The notes beneath the pieces were generated by a model, which made no database searches, was not told where the DNA came from, and was given only the letters and a program-made list of their open reading frames with translations. A DNA stretch of 64,000 nt from NCBI GenBank assembly GCA_002269645.1, contig NIVC01002863.1, positions 62,001-126,000 of the forward strand, read 5' to 3'. Source of the DNA: Macrostomum lignano (lineage: Eukaryota). Position 1 is the first letter of the stretch, and each line of letters starts with the position of its first letter. The translations under genes were made by a program, and so were the position numbers. This document shows, one piece after another, positions 12,400-40,245 of this stretch.

Positions 12400-12660
12400 C
12401 CCATTTTGGTGACAGGTCAATTCAACCAAGAGGGCCTCTTCATGCAGCAGCTTTAGAAGCTGGTAGAACTGCATGTTGGCCCTCATTGCATGGTGCTGCA
12501 GCTTATTGGGCCATCCCTGGGTGTCGTTGTTTGTTCTAATTGATAACTGGAAGACTGAGAGTTCATGCACTTGCTAGTTAGAGTTGCAGATCCATGTGCC
12601 CTAGACATAGTCGCAGAGCTTGTTGAGCTCATCGTCTGTGACTATGCTTCTAAGTGTGTA
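12400..12660 (-). pseudogene. Mutator/MULE-like transposase fragment
   Basis: Minus strand reads LNKLCDYV*GTWICNSN*QVHELSVFQLSIRTNNDTQGWPNKL...FYQLLKLLHEEA. This matches the DY.E.TWI...W..WSVF...RTNN..EGWH..LN pattern of invertebrate MULE transposases, with two in-frame stops. Confidence 0.7.
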
Positions 12661-12674
12661 AAATGCATTTGCGA

Positions 12675-12985
12675 TTTGGTTCCAGAACCAGAATAATTCC
12701 AATTCTAGAACTAGAAGTGATAGGAAGAAAAGCATTGTATTTTTGTATTTTCCTTAATTATATTATTTCTCAAAAGATAAAACATTTTTATCTAAAATAT
12801 GGCCTATACTTTTGAGTTTTCAGTATTCTTTTTGAAATATTTGAAATATGACAATAAATTAAGAAAATTTCTCAAACCAAATTCTAGAATCAGATAGCAG
12901 TTCTGGAACCAATTCTGCACACAGAACAGACAATATAAAAAGCTTTGAACCAATTCTAGTTTTAGAATCAGTAATGAGCCTAAGT
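12675..12985. repeat. Copy B of the TTCTAGAACC repeat family
   Basis: Shares motif blocks with 4310-5070. Confidence 0.5.
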
Positions 12986-13011
12986 GTAGATATCCTATAG
13001 ATTGGTATATA

Positions 13012-14321
13012 CATCGTGTGTCAGAAAAGTTCTGGGACTATGCTTATAAAAATTTATTAATAAAAATCACTCAGAACCAAAGCTGGCCCCTTCAAAGTAA
13101 TCCTCCCTTAGATGAACGCACTTGTCCATCCATCTCTGCCAGGCATCCATGCAGCTCTGGAAGGCTTCTTTGGGAATGCTCCGCAGTTGCTTCGTCGTGG
13201 CCCTTCTGATGGCATCTATATCAGGAAATCGAGTACCTTTGAGGACCTCCTTGAGCTTGGGAAATAGGAAAAAATCACATGGAGCCAGATCTGGTTAGTA
13301 TGGAGGCTGGTCCAGCACTGTGACATTCCTATCCGCCAGATACTCCCTGACACTAAGAGCATTGTGAGATGGTGCATTGTCCTAATAAAGGAACCACGAC
13401 TTGGCCTCCCACAAATCATGTCTCTTGTCTTGCACTGAGTGAAGCAGCCGCTGCAAGATCTCCTTGTACACATGCTGATTGATGGTATGACCTTCGGGCA
13501 GGAACTCCATGTGCACAATGCCTCTGACATCAAAGAATGCAATAAGCATGAGCTTGACCTTCGACCTCAATTGTCACACCTTCACTGGTCTTGGTGATCC
13601 TGGTCGCCACCATTCACCACTCTGCCGCTTGGTCTCTGGGTCGTACTCAAAAATCCACGACTCATCACCAGTAATCACTCTGTGCAATAAGCTTGGATCA
13701 GCTTCAATGTGTTCAAGGATGTCTTGGCACACCTGTAGTCGTCGTTCCTTCTGGTCCTCGCTCAGCAACTTCGGAACCATCTTGGCATAAATCTTACACA
13801 TCCCCAGATCCTCAGTCAGAATCTTATGAATGCTGTCATGATTCAAGCTCAACTTGTCTGCAATCAAGCAAACAGTCAGCCGATGGTTGCTACGAAGCAA
13901 CATCGCCACTCCCTCAACATTTTCTTCTGTCCTGCTCGTTGAAGGTCTTCCACTCCTGGCGTTGTCCTCGACCTCCTCCTGCCCCTCTTTGAATTGCTTG
14001 TGCCACTCAAAAACGTGGGAGCAAGACATGGTTCAGCCCCATATACTTGCTGCAGCAGTTCAAGCGCTTCCAAGGCTGATTTCCCCAATCAAACAAGGAA
14101 CTTCAGATTGATTCGTTGCTCAGTACTCATGGCACAACGGTTGTTACAGAACTTGCCAAACGTTAATCCTAGCACAAGTTCGCACGAAAATGTTGATTAG
14201 CTGAAATTGCAAGACAAAGCACCTGTTATATGCTGCTGAAGTCTACCACAAACCACTAATTCATAGTGCACCCAGAAGCTGAGCTGTAGGCTCAGTCCTG
14301 GAACTTTTCTGACACACCTCG
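13012..14321 (-). mobile_element. Full-length (1,310 bp) mariner transposon, inactivated
   Basis: TA duplication at 13010-11 and 14322-23; about 28-bp TIRs (CATCGTGTGTCAGAAAAGTTCTGGGACT vs CGAGGTGTGTCAGAAAAGTTCCAGGACT). Transposase motifs are GRP, MVPKLL (WVPHEL analogue), ITGDESWI and LHDNA-like region. The YSPDL motif reads Y*PDLAPCDFFLFPKLK, and there are several frameshifts. Confidence 0.93.
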
Positions 14322-15900
14322 TATCATATTTAGATATAAAAATGCTTGCTAATAAAAAATATTATTTTGAAAGAGCAACAATTCAAGTAATGTGACATTT
14401 ATTCATTTTGTTTATATTGATATTATTTTTGTATAGCTTTTTAGCATAGTATACATTTTTTACAAAAAAGTTCTGGTATAGTTTTCTCAATACCACTTTT
14501 TTATTCTATTAAACCTAGAATAAAAGGAATAAAAGGTCATTAGACTATCTCACATCTTTGAGACTTTAGAACATGCCTTTTAAAGAAAAAAAATGATAGT
14601 TTTATGCATATAGGTTTGATTTAGTAATCTATTTGTTGGCATTTAATATATATATGATATATATAGTAGATATTATAAAACTTAATTTTTATTGTTCCAT
14701 TATTATTTTGTAGCATAAAAGAATATATTGTTTCTAATAAAAATGTGTTATTTCTTAAGGCTAAGCAGTTTTGCTAAAAATATGCAAAGAGTACCAAAGA
14801 TTATATTAGTAGTGAAACAATTTCTATAATATAGGGCCTACTAGTAGTATTTTACAAATGGGAAAGCATAAGTTACTGGATTAACTTCTATGTATATATC
14901 ATGTAAATTTACATGATAATATATATTTTCCATAGAAAAAATTTAAAAAATCAAACTTAATAAGGGGTTGGATACTTATGCAGCTCCCCCTTAAATCTTT
15001 TACTAGTTTTTTATGTATATGCATTTTATCTCAAAAACATTAAAATATAGTAATAATAGAATAACTACTCAAAAATAAGGTCATTTTTACTAAAAGTTTA
15101 AAGCCTATTTCAAATTTGCATGTCTTAATTCTATATACTAAATGGTTTATCCTAAATTGAAATAATCATATGTTTTAATAGTTTCTCTGTAAAGTTTGTT
15201 CATGACTCATAAATTGAATGTTCCTTAAATAAATAAAACAAAAGAAACATATAAAAAAAGAATTTAAAGTTGATGTGGGTGATAAAAACAATTAAAAAGA
15301 GAAAAGAGAATGAGTACAAGTATTAAATAGTTAAAGCCAAAGAAAGAAAAGCTTTAAATTGCATGCACAACTTGAAAGTAAATGTTGCAAACAGTGTATT
15401 TAAGTTCAGGTATACCAATTTTTATGAAAATATATTGCAATGGCTAGGTAAAATTTACAAAGTTGCATATTTATGAATATGTCAATACAAAAATGCTCTT
15501 ACAGCTTGTATGACCATGGACAGTCCTGAAAAGACACTCATATTGAATAGTCTTTGTTTTTCTGCAGCTATGAGTTTGCTTTATGGCAAAAAAACAGTCT
15601 TTATTACACATGCTTGCACAACCTCCAGAATTACACCAGCTAGGCAACTTAGTTTTTTTTATTACCAAAAAACAAAGTAAAAAATATTCAATTTGTTATC
15701 AAATTTTTAGTCAAAAATAGGTTTGTTGCATATAGATGCCATTATCTAAATTTCTGTTATTGTAATGTGGTACATGGACTTTGGCCTCAGATAGATCAAG
15801 CAAAGCAGATTTTAATTTTACCAACGATTGCCTAATTTCCTAATAAAAACAAGCCAGTTTTCAAAAACTGCATGCAATTCACTTACTGTACTACTACTAG

Positions 15901-16768
<868 letters not shown>

Positions 16769-17295
16769 GGCTGTCCGGGGCGTCAAAAAGCCATAGACTG
16801 CGGCTTGGCCTGGGGGGGGGGCGAATCGCCGATACACAGTATGCCTATCGTTTCAGACCGAGCTGGAGACTATAACTATTCTATGCTTAGAGTACTATAT
16901 TATAATTTATATAATAATTATTAATATTACTGCCCTGTTGCGCTTGTTTTTCAATCTCAAAGTGGTTTTCTTTGTTAAAAGCGTCAAATACGATCCGGCA
17001 CATCCTTATAGTAGTCTGTTTATCCCCGCTTACCTGTAATCTGCGCGTAGTCTGGATCAGTTAATGGCTTGTCTGTATTGGCACAGCTGTGGGTGAGATA
17101 GGTAATTAATTATTACTATTATAACTCAATGCGTCAGCGGGTTGACTGGTGAGTCGCAATAAATCTTGAAGGGCCTCCCTTACAAACTTAATATTATTTT
17201 CAGTAAAGGCTGTCTAAATTTTTTTTTCGCCTTTTAGTCTTCTTTATTTTCGGCTTCATGTTTATGCACTAATTTTTCTAGGGTTAAAACTGTAC

Positions 17296-17585
17296 TTTAG
17301 GAGAACTGGATGGACCTGTACTTTAAGGGAATTGGGTAGACTTGTACTTTAAAGGAGTTTGGTGGACCTGTACTTTAAGGGAATTGGATGGACCTGTACT
17401 TTAAGAGAATTGTATGGCCCTGTACTTTAAGAGAATTGGATGGACCTGTACTTTAAGAGAACTGGATGGACCTGTACTTAAATGGAGTTGGGTGGACCTG
17501 TACTTTAAAGGAATTGGGTGGACCTATACTTTAAGGGAATTGGGTGGACCTGAACGTAAATGGAGTTGGGTGGACCTGTACTTTC
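17296..17585. repeat. About 26-bp degenerate minisatellite, about 11 copies
   Basis: Unit approximately TGGACCTGTACTTTAAGRGAATTGGR. Confidence 0.9.
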
Positions 17586-17810
17586 GCAGTTTAGTAGGGT
17601 TAATTGGGACTTTGGCGGGTCTGCACTCTGGCAGTGATGAACCGTTGGTCATGCTAATACTGAGGCAGTGCAGCTGCCGATGCGTTCAGCAACAACTTCT
17701 CTGGACCGGCGGGGCCTCGTGACCTTCTTTGTCAGGGGGAGGCTGCGGGGTTGCCGTCGGTCTGGCTCTGAGCCAAAGGGTGTCTAGCAGAACCGATATT
17801 ATCCTAGCAG

Positions 17811-19393
17811 CCTACTGGCAGCATTAAAGCCCCCGAATCCCCCCATCCTCAACTTCCCAAGTCCCAGCCAGCAGCAGCCGACGAACCTCCAGCGGAGGCG
17901 GCCACCGAGGCAGAGCAGCAGCAGCCGGCGGCGGCCGCTCCGCGACCGCAGCAAGGCAAGAAGCGGCGCCGGCGTCCGCAGCAGCGGACATCAGCGGCCG
18001 CCGAGGCCCAGGCCGACGCCGACGAGCTTCGCGATCGGCTGCTCAGCCGCGGCAAGCGGGCTGGCCAGTCCGGCGAGGCCGTGAAATCCGAGGAGCGGCT
18101 CCTGCTGCCGCCCTTCCTGACGGCCTCCGGGAACCCCGGCGACGACTCCTCGGCCTGGTCCGTCACCAACCCCGCAGCCGCTGCCGCCGCGGCCGCCGCG
18201 ACAGCCGCCGCTGCCGCCGCCGCCTCCAGCGCCGCCGTGAAGCCGGACGTGCAGTTCCCGGCCGCAGACCGGCTCTGCCGCCAGTCCGCCTGGGTCTGCG
18301 CCCTGTGCGGTCGCGGCAACTCCTGCGTGCTCGGCCTGGGGCCGCTGTACGGCCCGTACTACCTGCCTGAGGAACTCGTCCAGGAGCGCCTCGTGCCGCT
18401 GGGCATCGTGTTCGGCAGCGGCGCCAAGCGCTCCGGCTCCGCCCAGCGGGCTGCTGCATCGGCGGCGGGCGTCAGCAGGCAGCGGGTGACGCGGAACGGC
18501 GAGGCCTGGCTGCACCTGGACTGCGCGCTCTGGGCTCCGGACCTGCACCTGTCCGCCTCTGCCGACCCGGCCGGCGGCGGTGGCGGCCTGAAGCTGCGGG
18601 GCCTCGCCGAATGCCTCGCTGGTGGCGCAGGCGGCGACTGCGCGGTCTGCGGCATGTGGGGCGCCCAGGTGGCCTGCGCCCACAGGCAGTGCCAGTCCGC
18701 TGCGCACCTGCCCTGCGCCATTGAGGCCGGTGCGTGCCGACTGCTTGCGTTGCTTTTAATTAGCTGGCGTCCAGGGCTTCTGTTGGTCCGCTCTGGTTTG
18801 GCTCTGCCCTCATATCTGTAGACCTTTAATCCTCAGCCTTTCCATCCCGATGAGCCCTTGAATCCCAATGGCTCCTAATCCCTAGGAGTCCTATAATCTC
18901 AGTGGCTCCTAATCCCCATGACCCCTTTAATCCCAATGGCTCCTAATCTCCATGACCCCTTTAATCCCAATGGCTTCTAATCCCTACTAAGAGTCCTATA
19001 ATCTCAGTGGCTCCTAATCTCCATGACTACTAATCCCCATGAGCCTTTTATCCCAATGGCTACTAATCCCTATTAGCCTTTTACTTTCAATGGCTCATAA
19101 TCCCTATAAGCCCTTTAAGCCCAATGGCTCCTGATCCCCATGAACCCTTGAGTCTCAATGACTGCTAACCCACGTGGCCCTTAATCCCATCGTCTCTTTA
19201 ATCTCCATAGCTCGTAGCTAAATAAGTCTGTTATTTACTCCCGACTGCTACTGTAAGTAGTATCCGGCACTCTAAGCCACAGCACTCCCCCTTTCCCGCA
19301 GGCTGCCTGCTGGATGAGGAGAAGCTGATCGCCTACTGCGCCCAGCACAGGCAGGGCGGCGGCAAGGCCGGCCCGAGGCCCCCGGCGAGCTGA
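17811..19393 (+). CDS. RAI1/TCF20-like protein with extended PHD (ePHD) zinc finger; exons 17811(?)-18729 and 19302-19393; 5' end not resolved
   Basis: Open frame from 17811 with a basic NLS-like KKRRRR. It continues CALCG...LGPLYGPY...AWLHLDCALWAP...CAVCGMWGAQVAC...C...HLPCAIEAG|CLLDEEKLIAYCAQH, with the C2HC+PHD ligands completed across a phase-1 intron (18730-19301). Confidence 0.8.
18830..19210 (+). repeat. Degenerate tandem repeat (AATCCCAATGGCTCCTAATCCCCATGACCCTTT-like) in the ePHD gene intron
   Basis: Recurrent CTAATCC and CAATGGCT motifs. Confidence 0.8.
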
Positions 19394-20107
19394 ACTGGAC
19401 TCAGACTGCCCTGCTCAATCCATTTAGCTGTGTAAATAGAGCTGCATTTGTGCCTACCTGCAATATCCGGCATCGCGGAGTTTTCCTGCGCAAACTCTAA
19501 ATTGGTATTTATTTTTTTAACTCATCTTCCTTCGTTTTTCATCTGCAGTGATGAGAAGTGCAGAAGCTTTTGTAACCTGCAGACAGCATTCTCTGCTTCT
19601 AGAAGCTGCTGCGAAGCAGGCTTGTGGGATTAGGGAATGTCAGGGGACTCAACCGCGCCTCTGAGCAAACAGCGCCTTCTGTGCTCTGCTTCACCTGGCT
19701 CTCCACATCTTGCTCTCTTGCAACCCAGCTCCCATTATCCCCACCTGTTTGCCTCTTCAATTGCCTAAGCTGAGTAACTATGCCGGAGCGGTTCCGGGTC
19801 CTCATCTGCGCACCTGCGCCGTCACGGCTGCCTGCTCAGCCAATTTTCAAGCAGCAGCCCTGAAGGGGGGCTCCCTGAGAGGCCTACGCTGACTTCCCGC
19901 CTGGGATGCTTTCTGCATTGTCAGCATTTTTTGTACTTTTTTTTAACACCAATGGCTGCCTCCCAGATGTCTCGCTAATGATCAAACTAATGAGGCTTTG
20001 GCCTGCTACCAAACTGCCTAGCAGCCAGTGTAATGTTTGGCGACAATACGGTAACAACTGTGGCACCCTGGCGCAGGGGCCTTGTGAAGAGTTCGCTTTA
20101 GCACACT

Positions 20108-20137
20108 AGAGAGAGAGAGGGGGGAAAGGAGAGAGAG

Positions 20138-20196
<59 letters not shown>
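20108..20196. repeat. (GA)n microsatellite
   Basis: Directly visible. Confidence 0.9.
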
Positions 20197-20200
<4 letters not shown>

Positions 20201-20273
20201 AGGTCTATTGTCTAAACGCTCGAACTCCCACTTCCAGACCCTAAGCCTGGGAACAAAAATGTAGTGCACTTAC

Positions 20274-20915
20274 TGTTGCGGGCTCCTCTTCTTCGTCGGG
20301 CAGGTTGTCCGAGCTCGTTCCTTGTTTCTTCTTCTTTGTTGCGCGCGTGTGTAGAACTTGCTTCTTCCAATCTTCTTCTCCGGAGGAATCTTCTTGAAGT
20401 CTAGAATCGGCCGAAAGTGAGAGCGTAGCAATAAAATCGACGTCGCAGTATTCCTCGAGTGCAGAAATCAATATCAACGATGCGCCCTAATAACAAAATC
20501 AACTTCAATACGAGGTCCTCCAAAAGGGCGTCTTCTTCTAGAACTAACGGAATCGGAGTAGTGTACTCCTATCGGTTAATCTAGGATAACCAAAATCAAT
20601 AAATTGATAATCTTCTAAGGGTATCGGAATCGGTCCGCAGATCCTATCCAATCCCTTAGAAAACTGGGAGGCCTCAAACTCAATAGACTCAATAAAATCA
20701 ACTGAACAGTAACGGCCGCCAATAACAATCGCTCTCAATAATCAAAATAACGAAGTCTCGAACAAAGCTTACCAATTGGTGTTTATCTCTTCCTCAGAGA
20801 TGTAGCCTCGTTTGGCTGCTCTTGCAAAGCCCAAGATCTTTGGAGGCTGCTCCGAGTCTGAGATTTCAGCTCGGATTTTGCGTTTGTATTTATACACAAT
20901 TTTTCGGCCTTGAGT
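20274..20915 (-). other. Possible exons of an unidentified spliced gene or degraded element
   Basis: Two open, charged segments end in strong donors: ...AKRGYISEEEINTN|GTAAGC at 20772 and ...DNLPDEEEEPAT|GTAAGT at 20273. I could not join them in frame and recognise no domain. Confidence 0.3.
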
Positions 20916-22146
20916 TGACCTTGAGCTCAAAACCGGTTTTTTATGAGTTCACGAAAGGAATTTTATTATTTGACAGGTGGGGTTTTTGAATAGAAAGGAG
21001 TGAAACTTGGGTCACATTCAGGTTAACATTTACCATATTTGGAAGTTCTAAAAATAGATGTCGAGAACCGGTTTTTTCGAACAATAGCATAGCCACTCGC
21101 TGTTTGCGTGATATTATTGGTATTACTAAAAATAGAGTATGACACATAGCTATTTTTAAATTTGTATTCATAATTTTTATGTTACTACTTTTAGTAGGCT
21201 ACTGTGTTTGGAGATCTCTACACTTGGCGACATCGTTCCGCAGCCGGAGCTGAAGCAATTCTGCAACTCTGACTCCTGAAAACGCAGGCAGGCACTGGTG
21301 CACACAGTCTGTGTTGCTTGGGTGGTTGGCCCTCGTGAGTATAAATCTATTGACAACCAGAGGGCAAATTTACACAAGCCCCAAATGAATGCGCCCGCGC
21401 AAGGAATCGAACTAAGGGTTGGGTTACACGAGTCAGGCGCGTTCACCCCGCTGAGCCGCTCCACCCGCGTATTTTGTGGCAAGACATTTCGGTTGAAAGG
21501 AAATTAGCAAGCAAGATTGTGCTGGCATCTTGGTCTTGTCACGTGTGCTCAGCTTCTACTTTGCATCACCCCAGTGCGCTTATAATTGGAGTTTGCTTTG
21601 TAGCCTAGCTATCTTTTTACAGGTATTGCAAACAGAATCCCACGGTGCGGATGCAGCAAGTGGAGGCTGTCGCCAATCAGTTTCTGTTCCGTCTCCTGCA
21701 TGCCAAGCAACAGGCATTCATATTGCATTCCAAAGTCGCTCCGAAACGGTACTCAAATTCCATCGCTGAGGCATGCAGGCAATTTAGTAAAACAGAAGAG
21801 TAGAACAATTTTAACAGTGAAAACTTGACCACCAGAGCCAGCATGCTTGTCAACATGCTCTGCTAGAAATTTGACAGAAAGCTGTATTATATTTTGGTTA
21901 AGTTTGGGTGGGATTGAATGTACTTAATTAAGAAAGGTACTTGATTAGCTCGTAAATAAGCAGGTGGTTGTGTTCGTCTGACGTGGCTTGCAACAGAGAG
22001 AATAGTCTGCTTTATATATTTCAGATTGAAGTTAAAAGATTATAAAATTGTAATGAGCTTTTCTATTTTCTCATGCTTCAGATGGTTAGAAATGTCGCTA
22101 GTGTTTTCAATTTTTTTCCGATACAGGCCCACCAAGTGTGGCCAAC

Positions 22147-23266
22147 TCAGCACAGGGCGTTGATCTCGGCCAGCTGAGCAGCCGTGAGCTGTCCAGCCGC
22201 CACGCCCCAGCAGATGAAGAAGCCGCGCATGTTCCAGTCGTCAGTCAGCCTTGACTTGCCCAGGCGCAGCCGCTCGTTGTTGTCGCTGGCGAAGCTGCCG
22301 CTGGAGTCGCTGTTGAATGCATTGAAGAAAAAGTCGTTGAAGAAGAGCTTGTCGAAGCTGCTACCGTTAAAGGTGGCGGCGGTGAACACGGGGGCGGCGT
22401 CAGTCACCGGGAGAATGTAGTTCTTGCTGCTCTTGGCCTCCTTGTTGTTGGCAGCGAAAGTGGCGCTTATAAATGGGGTGCTAAAGTTATTGGCACTGTC
22501 GCTGCGAAACTCCCTCCATCCACCACCGCTTGTAGACAAAGAGCTGCTCAGAAATTCTTGGATAAAGACCATCGTCTGGCCAGGCTGCCAGTAGCGCAGG
22601 TACTTGGCAAAGTAGGTGAACTGGGAGCCGTAGGTCAGGTGCTTGGTCAGGTTGCCGGACTCCGTGTCGATCTGCAAAAATTGGACAGTTTTGTACAAAG
22701 TCAAAATATGCTTATTGCGAGCCACCTTATTATCGACCCACCTCGATGAAGGAGTCGGCTTGGCCGCTCAGCCAGACGCCGCGGTCGGTGAGCCTGGCCC
22801 CGGAGCCCAGGCTGGCAGCGAAGGACCGGTTGCCGGCCAGGTTCGGCAGGCCCAGCAGGAAGTTGTGAAACACCAGCAGCGCGGCCAGCGTCGTCTCCGA
22901 CAGCGCGGCAACAGCGAAGCCTCCCGCCAAGCGTCCGGCGTTGACGACGGAGCGGCAGGTGTCGGAGCTGCGCCAGGCCGCGGCGAAGGCGGCCGCGTCG
23001 GCGAGTCGGCAGGCGGCCTCGGCCGGCGAGTGGGCCGCGGCGGCGCAGTCGGGTCGGGCGGCGCACTCGACGGCGCAGGAGCGCTCGGACTGCAGCCCAG
23101 TCAAGTTGGCCGGGGCGTTGGACGGCGGACAGACTCGGACACCGCGGAAGGCGGCGCTCGTATTGGCGATGCTGGCCTCGGCGACGGCGACCAGCTGCGG
23201 ACAGAGGAGAAGCGGCAGGTGGAGGAGCAGCAGCTGCAGCTGGGTGACTGGCTGGGCTCTGGCCAT
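22147..23266 (-). CDS. Secreted protein: signal peptide + PAN/apple-like domain + concanavalin A/LamG-like domain; exons 23266-22742 and 22671-22147, 349 aa
   Basis: Leu-rich signal (MARAQPVTQLQLLLLHLPLLLCPQLVAVAEA) and C-x3-C-x5-C PAN pattern (SCAVECAARPDC...ACRL). A 70-bp phase-0 intron joins GVWLSGQADSFIE|IDTE to a beta-rich domain with ATFNGS, LRLGKS and MRGFFICWGV...LTAAQLAEI, typical of LamG-like folds. Confidence 0.75.
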
Positions 23267-24720
23267 GGCGTTGCTGGGAGCAGTCGGGCAGGTGGCTTTG
23301 CAGAGAGTCTGGGAGCAGTCGGGCAGGTGGCGCTGCTGAAAGTCTGGGAGCAGTCGGGCAGGTGGCGCCGCTTCTCCCAGCGCTCCGCCGCTTTCATGAG
23401 CCGGGGGAGGGGGGCGCCAAGAGGCGAGGGGAGGCCGCCACCCCCTAGAGACCGGCCGGCATTGGCTGCTGTCTGTAGAAAGTAGGAGAGGAGAATTGGA
23501 TGGACAGAAACAGCTCACGTCAGACATGTTTGCAGTTTGTCTGAAACCCAAACCCCACAGAGAATCCACTCGCAATTTCCGTTCTCGCATCCGCAAATTT
23601 TCTAGCTGTCTTATTTTTTCATTATTCCGTTGCGAGCAAATAGCTCGGCATCACGGCGCTGAGTTTGAGGTGGTAAGTTTTCTGTCACTTCCGGCCTCCT
23701 GCTCTTGCAACCATCTGCAATGCTCTGCATTTTCATCGACCCCATGCGGTGGCCGTTCCGCGTTGCTTGCCGATTGCTGGACTTCTTTTGCTTGATTTGT
23801 CGTCCACGCAGGCTATGAAGAAACGCTTGACTGCACTGCATCTCTAGCTGAGTGAGAAGTGCTTGCTGAGGATCTGTGGGACTTTTTTCAACAGAAAGCA
23901 GGAGCATTGATTGAGTATTGACTTACCGGCATTAACTGTTTATTACTATAAGTAGTATTATTAATAACTTCGTCTCAGAAGCTTTTAAAAGAAAAGTCAG
24001 GCAAGGCCACTTCAGCCTTCCAAGCTATGAATACAAATAACAAATGAACTGCATTATCATACGAGAGTGAGTCATACATGTACGACCACAGATACTAAAA
24101 TTCAGGCCTATATACTTAGTAAAACAGCTTTCTACTTTCAGTTCAGTAGCAATAAAGACTACACAAGCTATTTCATAAAAATAATGGCAGCTGAAATGAC
24201 TTTGATAAATTTAAAAGCCCAAGCTTGCAGGCGTAAACAAACTTTTAGTGGTCCTTGAAACAAACTTGCTAATTGGTTCAGCAGTAATGTACATTAGCCA
24301 GTCCCCTGCAATGTATATGGCAGCTTTAGGCTGGAATTCGGAGAAGAGCAAAAAAAATTGGGGCGGGGCGGGGTAGTGTGAAAAGGCGCGGTTGGAGGGG
24401 TTTAACCATTTGGAAGCCAAAGGCCTGCACTGCAGGCCATACCGAAACGGCTCAAAAACCCAGAGATTGAAAAATGTCTATGGCATGAAAAACCATCTCC
24501 CAGTCACTAAAGCAAGTGCCCAGTATGGCCTGCTGTGCAGGTCATGATTAATTTAAAGAAGCCCTGCATTATGCATTTCCGTTATGTTTTCACTCAAATG
24601 TTAAATGTGAAATAAGCGTGCACAGTGAAAACATGAGGTGATGCACAAATTTATGGTCGTATTAAATTTTAATCTCCTCACTACTGACCTACGAGTATTA
24701 GTATTAGTATTAGTATACTA

Positions 24721-40112
<15,392 letters not shown>

Positions 40113-40245
40113 TTAGTATTAGTATAACTAGTTTTAAACAAATACAAAATTTAACTGCATGGTTCCAAACAAAACAAGGACATGAAAAGAAAAGTGTAAC
40201 AGGGTTCAAGTTAGGAGACGCCAATGCAGGATCGCTCGTGGGACT

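Noticed and set aside
15471-15668. Cys-rich minus-strand ORF as a transposase CXC tail
   Set aside because: The spacing does not clearly fit a known motif, and the surrounding AT-rich sequence gave no supporting frame.
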